A stretch of DNA of 34,037 nucleotides from Myxococcales bacterium (GCA_023248655.1 JAHFEE010000004.1:1-34037), one strand, 5' to 3'; shown: positions 1-11,106, counted from the first letter of the stretch. Program-made: numbers and translations. Notes: a model not told the origin generated them from the letters alone.

Positions 1-182
1 CCGTCAATTCTAACCAAATACCCCCATTCTGTTTCTACTGTAAATGCTCCGCCTAGAATTTGCATTATGCAAACCTCGTGCCCTTGTTCGATAGTCATTT
101 CATTTCCATCGGGAATCTGAATTGCTTCACAGTCTCTGGTAAGTTTAACTATTATTTTATTGCCTGATTCATTGTTATACAT
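1..182 (-). CDS. sufT: Fe-S cluster assembly protein SufT (long form), 5' part; runs off the window edge
   Basis: Not in the ORF track. Manual translation from ATG at 182: MYNNESGNKIIVKLTRDCEAIQIPDGNEMTIEQGHEVCIMQILGGAFTVETEWGYLVRID, matching the RDCEA..IP.G..LGG.FTV..G.LVRI N-terminus of long SufT; directly after sufU. Confidence 0.88.
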   Translation of the reverse strand, partial: MYNNESGNKIIVKLTRDCEAIQIPDGNEMTIEQGHEVCIMQILGGAFTVETEWGYLVRID

Positions 183-230
183 ATAAACTCATATTGTTGC
201 ATTATTGTAAATTTCATTATTTATTTGTAG

Positions 231-692
231 TTAATTGATATTATCATTTTGTTGTGGTTTGTTTTCTTTTAGCGCTAAGTTGAAACTATGCCAAGCCAAT
301 GTTGCACATTTAACACGCGTGGGAAAATTCTTTATATTTAAAAAAACACCTGCTTTTTTAAAAAAAGAATCGACAAAAATATTTTTTTCTGAAAAATCTT
401 CCCTTGTGAGCATTTCGTGAAAAACATTAAACAGCAAAATAGCTTCTTCGGTCGTTTTCCCAAGTAACTCATTTGTCATAATTGAGGCAGATGCCTGAGA
501 TATAGCACATCCCTTACCTTTAAATTTTATATTCTCTATATGATTATCTTTCACAATAAAGGTTAATTCAATTTTGTCTCCACATAGCGGATTATGCCCA
601 CAGATGCGATGTGTTGCATTATGAATATCTCCATAATTTCTAGGATTTCTACAGTGATCCAAAATAAGATCCCCGTATATTTCACTTAACAT
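231..692 (-). CDS. sufU: SufU/IscU-family Fe-S assembly sulfur-transfer protein
   Basis: ILDH..NPRN.G, NPLCGD, GCAISQASAS and RVKCATL motifs with three conserved Cys; follows sufS. Confidence 0.95.
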   Translation of the reverse strand: MLSEIYGDLILDHCRNPRNYGDIHNATHRICGHNPLCGDKIELTFIVKDNHIENIKFKGKGCAISQASASIMTNELLGKTTEEAILLFNVFHEMLTREDFSEKNIFVDSFFKKAGVFLNIKNFPTRVKCATLAWHSFNLALKENKPQQNDNIN

Positions 693-1894
693 TTTAAAAC
701 CTTTTTAACGAATTTAATACCATCAATTAGGGAATCTATGTCATTATCTGTATTGTATTCCCCAAGAGAAACCCGAGTCAATGCTGGAACATTTAGCAGA
801 TTAAGTAATGGTTGCGCACAAAGATGCCCTGCCCTGACTGCGATTCCTTTCTGATCGAGAATTGTTGCGATATCATGTGGATGTATGTTTTGCAGAGTAA
901 AAGATAAAATAGGAACCTGAATTTTTCCAAATTCCTCACCTACAATTTTAGCTCCAATTTGTATCAATTTTTCTTTAGCTTTTTGAAAGATTGTATTTTG
1001 AGCTATAGGTTGAAACTTGATTTTATTCACAAAATCAATTGCCGCACCGAAACCAATAACGCCGGATATATTAGGAGTTCCTGCTTCAAATTTCGCGGGC
1101 AAATCTGCATATATTGTTTTTTGAAAAGTAACCTCCTTAACCATATCTCCACCAGTCTGATAAGGCACCATCGTTTCTAGCAATTTTTCTTTACCATACA
1201 ATATTCCAACGCCTGTTGGACCATAAATTTTGTGTCCAGAAAATACAAGAAAATCACAATCCAGTTCTTGTACGTCCATTTTAAAATGCGGTACAGCCTG
1301 CGCAGCATCTAGCACGACCTTAATGTTTCTTTCTTTTGCTTGTTTGATCCAATTCCGGATTGGATTTGCTACTCCTATAGCATTCGATATGCAGGTAATT
1401 GCTAATAATTTTGCCTGTTTTCCAAATGGTATTTTTTTTACTGTATGGTCTTTATTGATCGGTATAATTCGTAATTTACATCCAATTTCTGAACATATAA
1501 TTTGCCATGGAATTATATTAGAGTGGTGCTCTAAGCTTGATATCCAAATTTCATCATTTTTCTTTAGAAAAGTTCGTCCGTAACTGTATGCTATCAAATT
1601 CAAACTTCCCGTTGATCCAGAAGTAAAAATGATCTCAGTCTCTTTCTTTGCATTTATAAAATGCTTGACCTTGCTTCTTACTTCTTCATACTCCCTCGTT
1701 GCCTTTTCGCTTATAAAATAAATACCTCGATGAATATTTGCTGAATATTCTGTTTCATATTTACGTTCAGCTTCTATAACATATGCATGCTTAAACGTAG
1801 TTGAAGCATTATCTAAATAAACAAGCCTATTGTTATTTGTTTTTTTTCCAAGCATTGGAAAATTCAAATTTTTCATCTTTAATTTATTCATCAT
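686..1894 (-). CDS. sufS: Cysteine desulfurase SufS (group II)
   Basis: YLDNAST, ANIHRG, EHHSN, SGHK (PLP Lys), RAGHLCAQP catalytic loop; exact start among the first Met codons uncertain. Confidence 0.96.
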   Translation of the reverse strand: MMNKLKMKNLNFPMLGKKTNNNRLVYLDNASTTFKHAYVIEAERKYETEYSANIHRGIYFISEKATREYEEVRSKVKHFINAKKETEIIFTSGSTGSLNLIAYSYGRTFLKKNDEIWISSLEHHSNIIPWQIICSEIGCKLRIIPINKDHTVKKIPFGKQAKLLAITCISNAIGVANPIRNWIKQAKERNIKVVLDAAQAVPHFKMDVQELDCDFLVFSGHKIYGPTGVGILYGKEKLLETMVPYQTGGDMVKEVTFQKTIYADLPAKFEAGTPNISGVIGFGAAIDFVNKIKFQPIAQNTIFQKAKEKLIQIGAKIVGEEFGKIQVPILSFTLQNIHPHDIATILDQKGIAVRAGHLCAQPLLNLLNVPALTRVSLGEYNTDNDIDSLIDGIKFVKKVLKC

Positions 1895-1906
1895 TCTAAA
1901 TATTCC

Positions 1907-2548
1907 TTAGATCCATAAGGAAACCTTTTTTTTAATGCTTTGTTGCTCAGTAAAATTTTTAATAGTATTTAAAATTTCTTCTTCGAAAGAATCAATTAAC
2001 AATCTTTTGGCATTTGATTTACTTAATCCCCTGGACTGCAAATAAAACAACATCTGATCATCTAGTTTTCCAACACTAATTCCATGTTTACATTTTACAA
2101 TATCAATATCAATTTTTAAATGCGGTTCAATGTAAACTCGTGCAGTATTAGACAATAAAATACTTCGATGCAGTTGGAGAGAATCAGTGCCTGCTGAATT
2201 GTTATTAATTTCAGTATAGGATTTTAAAATTCCAACGGAATTATCAGCATAAATACCCTTGTGCAATTGTCTGCTTTTACAATTTGGGGCCTGGTGAAAA
2301 ACTTCAATTATTGTTTTTAATTTTCCATCTCTTCTTGTGAGATCTAAGAAATATAAATTACAAATCGCAAATTCACCAATAAGGTATATTTGATAATGAT
2401 ATTCTTGTGAATCTTCTACAAGATTAACCTGAGTTAAGTCAAGCTGAGCATTGGATTCAATTTCAATTATTCTTCGATTTGTATTGGTTCCAAATTGAAA
2501 AGATGGAAATATCTGCAAATTTTCTCCGGAATTAATTCGAATTTTCAT
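1907..2548 (-). CDS. sufD: SufD, short form (C-terminal beta-helix region only, about 213 aa)
   Basis: SRQLHKG, PHLKID..VKCKHG.SVG.LD..MLFYLQSRG motifs; between sufC and sufS; start set at ATG 2548. Confidence 0.88.
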   Translation of the reverse strand: MKIRINSGENLQIFPSFQFGTNTNRRIIEIESNAQLDLTQVNLVEDSQEYHYQIYLIGEFAICNLYFLDLTRRDGKLKTIIEVFHQAPNCKSRQLHKGIYADNSVGILKSYTEINNNSAGTDSLQLHRSILLSNTARVYIEPHLKIDIDIVKCKHGISVGKLDDQMLFYLQSRGLSKSNAKRLLIDSFEEEILNTIKNFTEQQSIKKKVSLWI

Positions 2549-3269
2549 AACCTGTTTTTTCCAATTCCGCAGCAAGATCTCGCGGTCCCGTTTTTACTAT
2601 GTATCCATTTTGCAGAATATGAACAAAATTTGGTAAAATGCAATTTAAAAGTCTTTGATAATGTGTAACAATAATAAAACTACGAAATGTGTTTTTTAAA
2701 TTATCAATAGCAGTTGATACAATTTTAAATGAATCAATATCAAGTCCAGAATCAGTTTCGTCAAGAATTATTAGTTTTGGCTCGAGAAGAAGCAATTGCA
2801 AGGCTTCGTTTTTTTTCTTTTCGCCGCCTGAAAATCCTTCATTTACATTTCTCTGTAAAAACGATTCTTCAATTTTTAAAATTGACATTTTTTCTTTAAC
2901 AATTTTAAAAAAATCAATTGCGTCGAGCTCTGGAAATCCACAAAACTTTCTTTTAGCGTTAAGCATTGCTTTTAAAAAATAAGCATTACTTACACCGGGA
3001 ATTTCGGTTGGATACTGAAAAGCTAAAAAAATTCCACCGAGAGCTCTTTCTTCTGGATTTTGTAATGCCAAATTCCGTCCCTCAAAAATTATATCACCAG
3101 ATACAATTTCATAATTAGGGTTTCCAGTTAAAACATTAGATAATGTACTTTTTCCTGATCCATTTGGCCCCATAATGGCGTGAATTTCTCCAGGTTTTAT
3201 TTTTAGATTGATCCCATTTAAGATTAGATTACCGTGTATTTTAACGTAAAGATTATTTATGTAAAGCAT
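2532..3269 (-). CDS. sufC: Fe-S assembly ATPase SufC
   Basis: GPNGSGKST, FLAFQYPTEIPG, FSGGEKK, LDETDSGLDID; start set at ATG 3269, just after the sufB stop. Confidence 0.97.
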   Translation of the reverse strand: MLYINNLYVKIHGNLILNGINLKIKPGEIHAIMGPNGSGKSTLSNVLTGNPNYEIVSGDIIFEGRNLALQNPEERALGGIFLAFQYPTEIPGVSNAYFLKAMLNAKRKFCGFPELDAIDFFKIVKEKMSILKIEESFLQRNVNEGFSGGEKKKNEALQLLLLEPKLIILDETDSGLDIDSFKIVSTAIDNLKNTFRSFIIVTHYQRLLNCILPNFVHILQNGYIVKTGPRDLAAELEKTGYENSN

Positions 3270-3273
3270 ATAT

Positions 3274-4704
3274 TTATCCAACTGCCCCTTCAAGATTTAC
3301 TTCTAATAATTTTTGAGCTTCTATGGCAAATTCCATAGGAAGCTTTCGAAAAATATCCTTGCAGAATCCATTAACAATTATATTTATCGCATCTTCGGAA
3401 GAAATGCCGCGCTGTCTACAATAAAAAATTTGATCATCACTAATTTTTGATGTTGTTGCTTCATGTTCAATACATGTATTTTGATTATGTACGTCCATAT
3501 ATGGAAATGTATTAGCTTGACAGCTTGAACCAAACAAAAGAGAATCGCATTGGGAATAATTTCTAGAATTTTCTGCCGCATTTTGAATACGCACCAGACC
3601 TCTGTATGAATTTGTTGAATTTCCCGCCGAGATGCCTTTTGAGACAATTGTGCTGTTTGTGTTTTTTCCAATATGAATCATCTTTGTTCCAGTATCGGCT
3701 TGTTGATAATTGTTTGTCAACGCTATTGAATAAAATTCGCCAGTAGAATTATCGCCCTGTAGAATAACGCTTGGATATTTCCAGGTAACAGATGAGCCAG
3801 TTTCAACCTGGGTCCAAGAAATCTTAGAGTTTCTACCGCGACAGATTCCTCGTTTTGTAACGAAATTATAAATTCCACCAATTCCGTTCTTGTCTCCCGG
3901 ATACCAGTTCTGAATTGTAGAGTATTTAATTTCAGCATTTTCAAATGCCACAAGTTCGACTACTGCTGCGTGTAATTGATTCTCATCACGCATGGGAGCT
4001 GTGCATCCCTCCAGATAACTAAGGTAACTGTTTTCTTCGGCCACAATTAGTGTTCGTTCAAATTGTCCTGTTTTAGCAGAATTTATACGAAAATAACTAG
4101 AGAGTTCCATTGGGCATCTTACGCCTTTTGGAATAAAGCAAAAAGAACCATCACTGAAAACAGCGGAGTTCAGTGCAGTAAAAAAATTGTCATTTACCGG
4201 AACGACTGAACCTAGGTATTGACGTATCAGATCAGGATAATTCTGAACAGCGTCAGAAAACGAGCAGAAGATTACGCCTGCTTTTTCTAAACGATGTTTA
4301 AACGTTGTGGCAACCGACACGCTGTCAAATATGGCGTCGACCGCAACGTTTAACATTTTTTTTTGCTCAGTTAATGGAATCCCTAATTTTTTATAGGTGT
4401 CCAATATTTTTGGATCTATTTCATCCAAGCTTTCAAATTTAGTTTTTTGTTTAGGCGCTGAATAGTAAATAATATCTTGATAATTAATTTTTGGATATTT
4501 AACCGTAGACCATGTTGGCTCACCTGAATAAGTTAGCCAGTACCTATACGCTTTTATTCTCCAATCCAAAAGCCAGCTTGGTTCTTTTTTTTTAGAAGAT
4601 ATATACTGAATTACATTTTCATCTAATCCAGGAGGCAGTGTATCTGTTTCAATATCGGTAACAAAACCATATGGGTAATCTTGTTGTATTAATTCTTTAA
4701 GCAT
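3274..4704 (-). CDS. sufB: Fe-S assembly scaffold SufB
   Basis: [46 protein letters not shown]; AAGGA RBS upstream. Confidence 0.98.
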   Translation of the reverse strand: MLKELIQQDYPYGFVTDIETDTLPPGLDENVIQYISSKKKEPSWLLDWRIKAYRYWLTYSGEPTWSTVKYPKINYQDIIYYSAPKQKTKFESLDEIDPKILDTYKKLGIPLTEQKKMLNVAVDAIFDSVSVATTFKHRLEKAGVIFCSFSDAVQNYPDLIRQYLGSVVPVNDNFFTALNSAVFSDGSFCFIPKGVRCPMELSSYFRINSAKTGQFERTLIVAEENSYLSYLEGCTAPMRDENQLHAAVVELVAFENAEIKYSTIQNWYPGDKNGIGGIYNFVTKRGICRGRNSKISWTQVETGSSVTWKYPSVILQGDNSTGEFYSIALTNNYQQADTGTKMIHIGKNTNSTIVSKGISAGNSTNSYRGLVRIQNAAENSRNYSQCDSLLFGSSCQANTFPYMDVHNQNTCIEHEATTSKISDDQIFYCRQRGISSEDAINIIVNGFCKDIFRKLPMEFAIEAQKLLEVNLEGAVG

Positions 4705-4715
4705 TTTTATCCTTG

Positions 4716-4744
4716 ATATTTAAATTCTAAATAATTTATGTCAA
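4716..4744 (-). promoter_or_regulatory. Candidate sigma70 promoter for the suf operon
   Basis: Perfect TTGACA at 4744-4739, then TAAATA at 16 nt or AAATAT at 17 nt, within the 46-nt gap before sufB. Confidence 0.5.
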
Positions 4745-4750
4745 TCAGGA

Positions 4751-4969
4751 TCAAGGTGTTTTAAATGTTTCCAAATATTCTTTTGAAAATTTATATAAAA
4801 TTCCAATACTAACACTTACACCAACCAAAAATCCGATCATTATGCCAAATTGATTTATTTCAAAATAATCGTCCAACCAATATCCGCATCCTGCGCCCAG
4901 TAGAATACTGAAACATATTTCAAATGCAATGCTTATATTTTTAATGTATTTAGAATATAAATCTAACAT
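4751..4969 (-). CDS. AtpZ/AtpI family (ATP synthase gene 1) small membrane protein
   Basis: 72 aa, two hydrophobic helices with the G..G.GYWLD.YF...G...G..G pattern; downstream of atp genes. Confidence 0.8.
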   Translation of the reverse strand: MLDLYSKYIKNISIAFEICFSILLGAGCGYWLDDYFEINQFGIMIGFLVGVSVSIGILYKFSKEYLETFKTP

Positions 4970-5023
4970 TTGTTATTTTTATCTTGTTTATCTTGCCTTG
5001 CGGCATTTGAACTTTATACCTTA

Positions 5024-5449
5024 TCATTGAAACACCTTATCGTTGAACGTCAAAAAATTACGAATACTTTTTGGAATCTTCGTAGATTTTTTGGTTGTAA
5101 AATTAATACACACATTTGTAATTTTAGCTTGAAAACTGAGGATTTGGCCTTCCTTTTTAAAAATGTCAAATTCGGAAGTAAATGAATGCTGACTAATATT
5201 TGATACTTTGAAAGACGCTAATGCCATATCACCATGTTGCAGTGGAGAATAATATTTTGCAGAAATTTGCACAATCGGAAGTCCGATATTTTTTTTTTTA
5301 ATCATTGCCGCATAGCTAAATAAAACTTGAGAATTGAAACAATCCTCAAATAAATTGTGACAAATTTCAAAGAAACGTGGGTAGAACAGCCAACCGGCAG
5401 CGTCTATATCTTCAAATTTAATATAGAATTCACCAGTATATTTTCTCAT
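5024..5449 (-). CDS. Hotdog-fold acyl-CoA thioesterase (4HBT/YbgC-like); possibly DHNA-CoA hydrolase
   Basis: F.DIDAAG..FYPRFF..CH and LPIV...Y.SPL.HGD motifs; ATGA overlap with the atpG stop. Confidence 0.85.
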   Translation of the reverse strand: MRKYTGEFYIKFEDIDAAGWLFYPRFFEICHNLFEDCFNSQVLFSYAAMIKKKNIGLPIVQISAKYYSPLQHGDMALASFKVSNISQHSFTSEFDIFKKEGQILSFQAKITNVCINFTTKKSTKIPKSIRNFLTFNDKVFQ

Positions 5450-6345
5450 CTTAATGCTTCTGCCCCGCTTAAAATTTCTATCAATTCATTAGTAATTGAA
5501 GCTTGACGTGCCCTGTTGTATTTTAATGTCAAATTTTCAATCACTTCTTTTGCGTTTCGTGTAGCATTGTCCATTGCGGTCATTCTTGCTCCGTGTTCTG
5601 ATGCTGCGGATTCAAGTAAAGCCTGGAATAATTGAGCGGTTAAATATTTTGGAAGCAATTCTTTAAGAATTTTTTGTTTAGTTGGCTCAAATATAAAATC
5701 TATTGAATTGAAATCAGTATCTATATTTTTTTCCGCAATATCATTTTGAATAATAATAGGCATAAGTTTCTTAATGATAATTTTTTGATTTGAAATATTA
5801 TTAAACTCGTTATACGCGACATACACAGCATCAAGATTTTCGTGTTTGTATAAAGATTCTAATTCAGAAACTATTTTAGATGCTTCCAGATAATCTGAAT
5901 ACACGTGAGGCATATGACTGTAATTTTTTCGAATTACCATATTTTCTTTTTTGAATATTTCGTAACCCTTATGTCCAAACGTAGATAATTGAATTTTGTT
6001 TTCTAATATATTATGTGCTTTATATTCTTTTAAAAAACTCTGAACCTTTCGAATTATGTTTGTGTTAAATGCTCCACATAAACCTCTATCAGATGTCATA
6101 ATAAGTAATTCGATATTTCTTTCTTGCCTTGGTTTTAGTAATGAACAAACACTGTATTCTTTGCTGTTTTCATACTGCATTTTTGTTATCATGTTGTTTA
6201 TTTGATTAGAATAGGATCTCGAATTTTTTAAATTTTCTTGAGCTTTTCGGAATTTTGAGGCAGCAACCATGGTCATTGCTTTAGTAATTTTCTCCGAACT
6301 TCTCACGCTTTTAATTCTATTTCGAATCTCTCTTAATGATGCCAT
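5446..6345 (-). CDS. atpG: ATP synthase F1 gamma subunit
   Basis: MASLREIR.RI.SV, KITKAM.MVAA, SDRGLCG.FN, SEHGARMTAMDNAT.NA, RQA.IT.EL. Confidence 0.98.
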   Translation of the reverse strand: MASLREIRNRIKSVRSSEKITKAMTMVAASKFRKAQENLKNSRSYSNQINNMITKMQYENSKEYSVCSLLKPRQERNIELLIMTSDRGLCGAFNTNIIRKVQSFLKEYKAHNILENKIQLSTFGHKGYEIFKKENMVIRKNYSHMPHVYSDYLEASKIVSELESLYKHENLDAVYVAYNEFNNISNQKIIIKKLMPIIIQNDIAEKNIDTDFNSIDFIFEPTKQKILKELLPKYLTAQLFQALLESAASEHGARMTAMDNATRNAKEVIENLTLKYNRARQASITNELIEILSGAEALR

Positions 6346-6394
6346 TTAAATCTCTTTATAAGTATATATTACTCTTACAACTCCCGCGGGGCAA

Positions 6395-7942
6395 TTAAAT
6401 ACTTGAACCAAATTTTTCTTCGAAATTATTTAATATCTCATCTAATTTGTTTTTCAAATCACCTTCAATTTTCAATTTTGAATTCTTTTGTATTTGTTGT
6501 AGAATGTAATTATATTCTGCCTTAATATGCAAAATTAATCTTTCCATATAATCATTTATTTTCTGGGGCTCAACATGCCGCACGAAAGACATTGAAGATT
6601 CTTTGTTTTTTTTCTGAGTTGCTGCATAAAGTTGTACAACCTGTTCTTCTACTGGAATAGGTGCATATTGTTTTTGCTTTAATAATTCAAGCAAACGCTT
6701 TCCCTTTTCAATTTGTTCAGATGTTGCCTGGTCTAGATCTGAGCCAAATTGAGAAAATGCCACCAGTTCTCTGTATTGAGCCAAATCCAATCTTAACGTT
6801 CCTGAGAGTTGCTTCATTGACGCAATCTGTGCAGCTCCTCCCACGCGCGACACTGATAAACCGACATTAACTGCAGGTCTTTGTCCTGAATAAAACAGGT
6901 CGGTTTCAAGATATATTTGACCATCTGTAATGGAAATTACATTTGTTGGAATATACGCTGATACGTCACCCGCCTGAGTTTCTATTATAGGCAAAGCAGT
7001 CAAACTTCCGCCACCCTCTTTCTTTGACATTTTAGCTGCACGCTCCAACAATCTGCTATGAAGATAAAAAATATCCCCCGGGAACGCTTCTCTGCCTGGG
7101 GGTCTTCTTAATAAAAGAGATAATTGACGATAAGCCACTGCTTGCTTGGATAGATCATCATAAATAATTAATGCATGTTGTCCGTTGTCTCTCCAGTATT
7201 CCCCTATCGCTGTACCACTATAAGGTGCTAAAAATTGTAAAGAAGCAGGGTCTGATGCAGGAGACGAAATTACTACCGTGTATTCCATGGCGTGATGTTT
7301 TTGTAATTTATCCACTACCTGAGCTACCGTAGATTGCTTTTGACCGATTGCGACATAAATACACTTTATGCCGGTGTTTTTTTGATTAATAATTGCATCG
7401 ATTGCTACAGCAGTTTTTCCGGTTTGACGGTCACCAATTATTAATTCTCGTTGACCTCTTCCGATTGGAATTATTGTATCTATGGATTTGATACCTGTTT
7501 GCATAGGTTCACAAACAGGGCTTCTGGCAATTATTCCGGGAGCTTTTGTTTCAATCAATCGTCGTTCTTTTGTTGCAAGCGGACCCAAGCCATCGACTGG
7601 TTCACCTAAACTATTAAGAACCCGACCAAGAACTTCATTACCAACTCCTATGTCTGCAATTTTTCCAGTTCTAGTAACCGTATCTCCTTCTTTTATTCCA
7701 ATGTCAGATCCCATTATTATTACACCAACACTGTCTTCTGCTAAATTCAAAACAAGTCCTTTTATTTTATTTGAAAATTCAACAAGTTCACCTGACCGTA
7801 CTTGATCTAGTCCATAAATTTGAGCCACCCCGTCTCCAACCTTTAAAACAGTTCCAATTTCAATAACACTAGTTTCAATGTTAAAGTTTGCTATTTGTTC
7901 TTTTATGATTTTTGTTATTTCTTCAGCTCTTAGTTGTTGCAT
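6395..7942 (-). CDS. atpA: ATP synthase F1 alpha subunit
   Basis: [46 protein letters not shown]. Confidence 0.99.
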   Translation of the reverse strand: MQQLRAEEITKIIKEQIANFNIETSVIEIGTVLKVGDGVAQIYGLDQVRSGELVEFSNKIKGLVLNLAEDSVGVIIMGSDIGIKEGDTVTRTGKIADIGVGNEVLGRVLNSLGEPVDGLGPLATKERRLIETKAPGIIARSPVCEPMQTGIKSIDTIIPIGRGQRELIIGDRQTGKTAVAIDAIINQKNTGIKCIYVAIGQKQSTVAQVVDKLQKHHAMEYTVVISSPASDPASLQFLAPYSGTAIGEYWRDNGQHALIIYDDLSKQAVAYRQLSLLLRRPPGREAFPGDIFYLHSRLLERAAKMSKKEGGGSLTALPIIETQAGDVSAYIPTNVISITDGQIYLETDLFYSGQRPAVNVGLSVSRVGGAAQIASMKQLSGTLRLDLAQYRELVAFSQFGSDLDQATSEQIEKGKRLLELLKQKQYAPIPVEEQVVQLYAATQKKNKESSMSFVRHVEPQKINDYMERLILHIKAEYNYILQQIQKNSKLKIEGDLKNKLDEILNNFEEKFGSSI

Positions 7943-8457
7943 AATGTCCTTTCTAGTATTGAAAACTTGGATATTAATGTATTGTCAAATACGACATTAC
8001 CTAATTGAATTCGAATTCCACCCAATATAGATGGATCAATCGAAATTTTATAATAAATAGATTTATTTAAACGTTTTTCTAACCCTTTAATCATTGTATC
8101 TATTTTCTCAGTTGAGTTCAAACGTGCAGATACGGTTACAAGGGCTTTTGCTCTTTTAAAATTTTTATTCAACTCTCCGCTGTATGCTTCGGAAAGTTGT
8201 TTTAAGATCTTGATTCTTTTGTTCATAATTATAACATTAATACAGCGTTCTAATTCTTTGCCAAATTTCATCTTTTTTATTATTGATATTTGCTTACTTG
8301 TTTCAAAAGAAGGATTTTCAAATAGTTTGCATAACAATGTTTGAGTATATAATTTAGAAAATAATTTTAATTCAGCTTCAGTACGAATTAAATCAGACTT
8401 ATCCTTAATCAAGAATGCAAGTGCCTTGGCATACCGTTGAGCAATTTTCTTGTACAT
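7930..8457 (-). CDS. atpH: ATP synthase F1 delta subunit
   Basis: [10 protein letters not shown]-terminus, [13 protein letters not shown]-terminus; upstream of atpA. Confidence 0.95.
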   Translation of the reverse strand: MYKKIAQRYAKALAFLIKDKSDLIRTEAELKLFSKLYTQTLLCKLFENPSFETSKQISIIKKMKFGKELERCINVIIMNKRIKILKQLSEAYSGELNKNFKRAKALVTVSARLNSTEKIDTMIKGLEKRLNKSIYYKISIDPSILGGIRIQLGNVVFDNTLISKFSILERTLCNN

Positions 8458-8461
8458 AAAT

Positions 8462-8968
8462 TTATTTTGAGATGTCCTCTATAACTTGATTTTGAAATTT
8501 TGTGTTAATTTGCTCATTGTGTGAAAGAATGTTTTTTGCTTTTTTTATAACTTCGCCAGCGATCTCATGTCTTAATCTCATTTCAAAATTAAATATATCG
8601 GTTTTTAATTTAAATTCTAATTCTCTTAACGATAAATTTAAAACTTTTTCTGTTTCTTGTTTTAATTTTTGAAATTCGTATTCTCCTTGTTTTGTAAAAT
8701 TGTTTTTAATATTCTGAATTTCACTATCTAAATTGATTAATCGCTGGTTATGAATTTGAAATTTTTGCAAAGCATCATCTCTAAGCTGTTTATTTTTAAG
8801 TATCGAATCCTTAATTTTTTCAGAACGTAAATGTAAAAAATTGTTTAATGGATTTTTAATTAATCGCCAAATAATAATTAAAAATGTAAAAAATGTAACA
8901 AGCATCCATCCTATAGCTGGATCTTCTTTGTAATTTTCTCCAATTCTCCACCAATTAAATGCGTTAAT
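8462..8968 (-). CDS. atpF: ATP synthase Fo subunit b; start proposed at ATT 8968 (first ATG is 8905)
   Basis: N-terminal TM helix, P...L..R...I motif and charged coiled coil; upstream of atpH; frame open 21 codons beyond the ATG to a GAGGT RBS. Confidence 0.8.
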   Translation of the reverse strand: MNAFNWWRIGENYKEDPAIGWMLVTFFTFLIIIWRLIKNPLNNFLHLRSEKIKDSILKNKQLRDDALQKFQIHNQRLINLDSEIQNIKNNFTKQGEYEFQKLKQETEKVLNLSLRELEFKLKTDIFNFEMRLRHEIAGEVIKKAKNILSHNEQINTKFQNQVIEDISK

Positions 8969-9449
8969 AAATTACCTCACTTTTGATTTTAAACGTATTT
9001 GCAGTATCTTTGTTTTGCGGATTGATTAAAAAATGCCTCACAATTTGATCCGCCAATCTATCTTCTTCGCTGATTAACTGTATGCGTAGTTTGGAAATCT
9101 CATGAATGAGATTATCTTGATTTTCCCGTATTCGAATTATGTTATTCTTATTTATTTCTTCTAATTTTTCTTTATAAAATTTAGTGCCCTCGTTCTGAAA
9201 ATCAACTAATATTTGCTCAGCTTCATTTTTAGCTTGTTTAATTTTAATTTCTATCTCATTTGAGATTCTACTGATTTCATCATTTAATTGATTAGTTTCA
9301 TTTATAATTTCTTTAACAAGACGCTCTCTTTCCTTAAAAAGATTCATAAAAGGAAAAAATAAAATTTTAAAAATCACCCTCTTGTAATAGAAAAGAATAA
9401 ATATTTCTACCAACAAAAGCAGCAAAGGTTCAGAAGGTGTTATAATTAT
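8964..9449 (-). CDS. ATP synthase Fo subunit b'; start proposed at ATA 9449 or ATT 9446 (ORF track uses TTG 9425)
   Basis: TM helix, LFFPF..LF.ERE motif, coiled coil; first of two b-type genes; AAGGAG at 9461-9456. Confidence 0.8.
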   Translation of the reverse strand: MIITPSEPLLLLLVEIFILFYYKRVIFKILFFPFMNLFKERERLVKEIINETNQLNDEISRISNEIEIKIKQAKNEAEQILVDFQNEGTKFYKEKLEEINKNNIIRIRENQDNLIHEISKLRIQLISEEDRLADQIVRHFLINPQNKDTANTFKIKSEVIY

Positions 9450-9508
9450 AACGGTCTCCTTGTGATTCTTCGAAAATTAAATAAATATCAAATTTCGCAT
9501 CCTTATAA

Positions 9509-9537
9509 TAGGTAGATAATTGTATTAAAAATGTCAA
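9509..9537 (-). promoter_or_regulatory. Candidate sigma70 promoter for atpF'FHAG
   Basis: TTGACA-N17-TACCTA. Confidence 0.5.
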
Positions 9538-9641
9538 CAAGATATTTGATATTTACTGAACACATATCAAACTATTCTTTTTGTATTATTATTCTACTTT
9601 AATATTGTCATTTTTTTCTTAAAATGTAGAAATACCCAATA

Positions 9642-10442
9642 ATGAAGACCAAATATTTAGACATTTTATATGAAACAAATAACCGAATAGCTAAGATTAT
9701 CATAAATCGTCCAGAGGTACATAATGCATTTAGACCGTTGACTATTCGAGAAATGTTGCATGCGTTAAATTTAGCAAAAAATGATAACTCTATTGGAGTA
9801 ATTATTCTAACCGGTATGGGAAATTTGGCATTTTGCTCAGGAGGAGATCTTAGAGTAAGAAAAGAAACAGGATATGAAGATATCGATGGAACTCAGAATT
9901 TAAACGTTCTAGATCTGCAGAGACAAATCAGAACATGTCCAAAACCTACAATTGCACGTGTGGCCGGTTATGCTATCGGTGGAGGACATGTGTTGCATAT
10001 GATGTGCGATCTCACCATCGCTGCCGATAATGCTATTTTTGGGCAGACTGGACCTCGTGTTGGCTCTTTCGATGCTGGCTACGGTGCAAGTTATATGGCA
10101 CGAATAGTTGGTCAAAAAAAAGCTCGTGAAATTTGGTTTTTATGTCGAAAGTATAATGCTCAACAAGCCTTAGAAATGGGCCTAGTGAACACAGTTGTAC
10201 CTATTGAGAAATTAGACACAGAGGTCAATAAATGGGCTCATGAAATCTTGGAAAATTCTTCTTTAGCAATTATGTGCCTAAAGGCTGCATTAAATGCTGA
10301 TTGTGATGGACAGGCAGGTTTGCAGGAGTTGGCAGGATGTGCTACAATGCTTTATTATATGTCTCCAGAAAGCAAAGAAGGAAAAAATGCATTTTTGGAA
10401 CATAGAGTGCCAAATTTTAATCAATTTAATGAAAAGAAATAA
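9642..10442 (+). CDS. menB: 1,4-dihydroxy-2-naphthoyl-CoA synthase
   Basis: [53 protein letters not shown]. Confidence 0.98.
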   Translation: MKTKYLDILYETNNRIAKIIINRPEVHNAFRPLTIREMLHALNLAKNDNSIGVIILTGMGNLAFCSGGDLRVRKETGYEDIDGTQNLNVLDLQRQIRTCPKPTIARVAGYAIGGGHVLHMMCDLTIAADNAIFGQTGPRVGSFDAGYGASYMARIVGQKKAREIWFLCRKYNAQQALEMGLVNTVVPIEKLDTEVNKWAHEILENSSLAIMCLKAALNADCDGQAGLQELAGCATMLYYMSPESKEGKNAFLEHRVPNFNQFNEKK

Positions 10443-10517
10443 TATTGTAACATTTTTGAAATATACGACACATATAGCAATAGTGTGATAGCCTAAAAAT
10501 TTTACATTGAATATAAA

Positions 10518-11095
<578 letters not shown>

Positions 11096-11106
11096 TAGTT
11101 AATGAC

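Noticed and set aside
3274-4704. Intein in SufB (a known insertion host)
   Set aside because: The length is normal at 476 aa and there are no splicing motifs.
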